Positions 63,790 to 64,000 of a stretch of DNA of 64,000 nucleotides are shown piece by piece. Source of the DNA: Okamejei kenojei. Its lineage: Eukaryota. The stretch is from the NCBI GenBank assembly GCA_035221665.1, contig CM069156.1:39928001-39992000 (forward strand). The letters are read 5' to 3'. The notes below the pieces were generated by a model. That model made no database searches, was not told the DNA's origin, and saw nothing but the letters and a program-made list of their open reading frames with translations. The position numbers were made by a program, and so were the translations under genes. Each line of letters opens with the position of its first letter. Positions within the stretch are counted from its first letter, which is position 1.

Positions 63790-64000
63790 ATCGACTGATC
63801 GACTGACCGACTGACTGCCCGACCGACGGACTGACTGACTGACTGACCGACTGACCGACCAACTGACTGACCGACTGACTGACTTCTGACTGACTGACCG
63901 ACTGACCGACTAACTGACTTCTGACTGACCGACCGAGTGACCGACTGACTGATTGACTTCTCTGATCAACTGACTGACCGACTGATTAACTGACTGACCA
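63790..64000. repeat. (GACT/GACC)n tetranucleotide microsatellite
   Basis: Directly visible. Confidence 0.95.

Overview
Repeat-dense vertebrate DNA, almost certainly from a cartilaginous fish and probably a skate (based on elasmobranch-type CR1 LINEs, V-SINE/HE1-like SINEs and a type I Ig light chain). The only clear host gene is an intact immunoglobulin light-chain cluster at 54681-57393. It has a leader exon, a germline-joined VJ exon with no RSS, and a C exon, and resembles type I/NS5/sigma-cart. It is followed by a ~2.2 kb tandem duplication that starts inside C and may be an assembly artefact. The rest is nested mobile DNA: two long DIRS1-type tyrosine-recombinase retrotransposons and one ~870 bp non-autonomous mini-DIRS, all with ITR/ICR architecture; a Hero-like RLE non-LTR element; Penelope-like elements; a Tc1 element; hAT-like elements with 5- and 6-bp TSDs; a solo LTR; and CR1, L2, L1, Tx1, RTEX and Rex1 fragments. 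Best leads: (1) a hammerhead-ribozyme core in a non-circularly permuted strand order in the 3' UTR of the Hero-like element, repeated in a tandem upstream 3' fragment; (2) conserved splice signals suggesting the DIRS elements express tyrosine recombinase by splicing out the whole pol ORF from a shared ATG; (3) the pre-rearranged Ig VJ gene. Family names come from motif recognition, not database searches, and repeat-fragment boundaries are approximate unless a TSD or terminus is cited.
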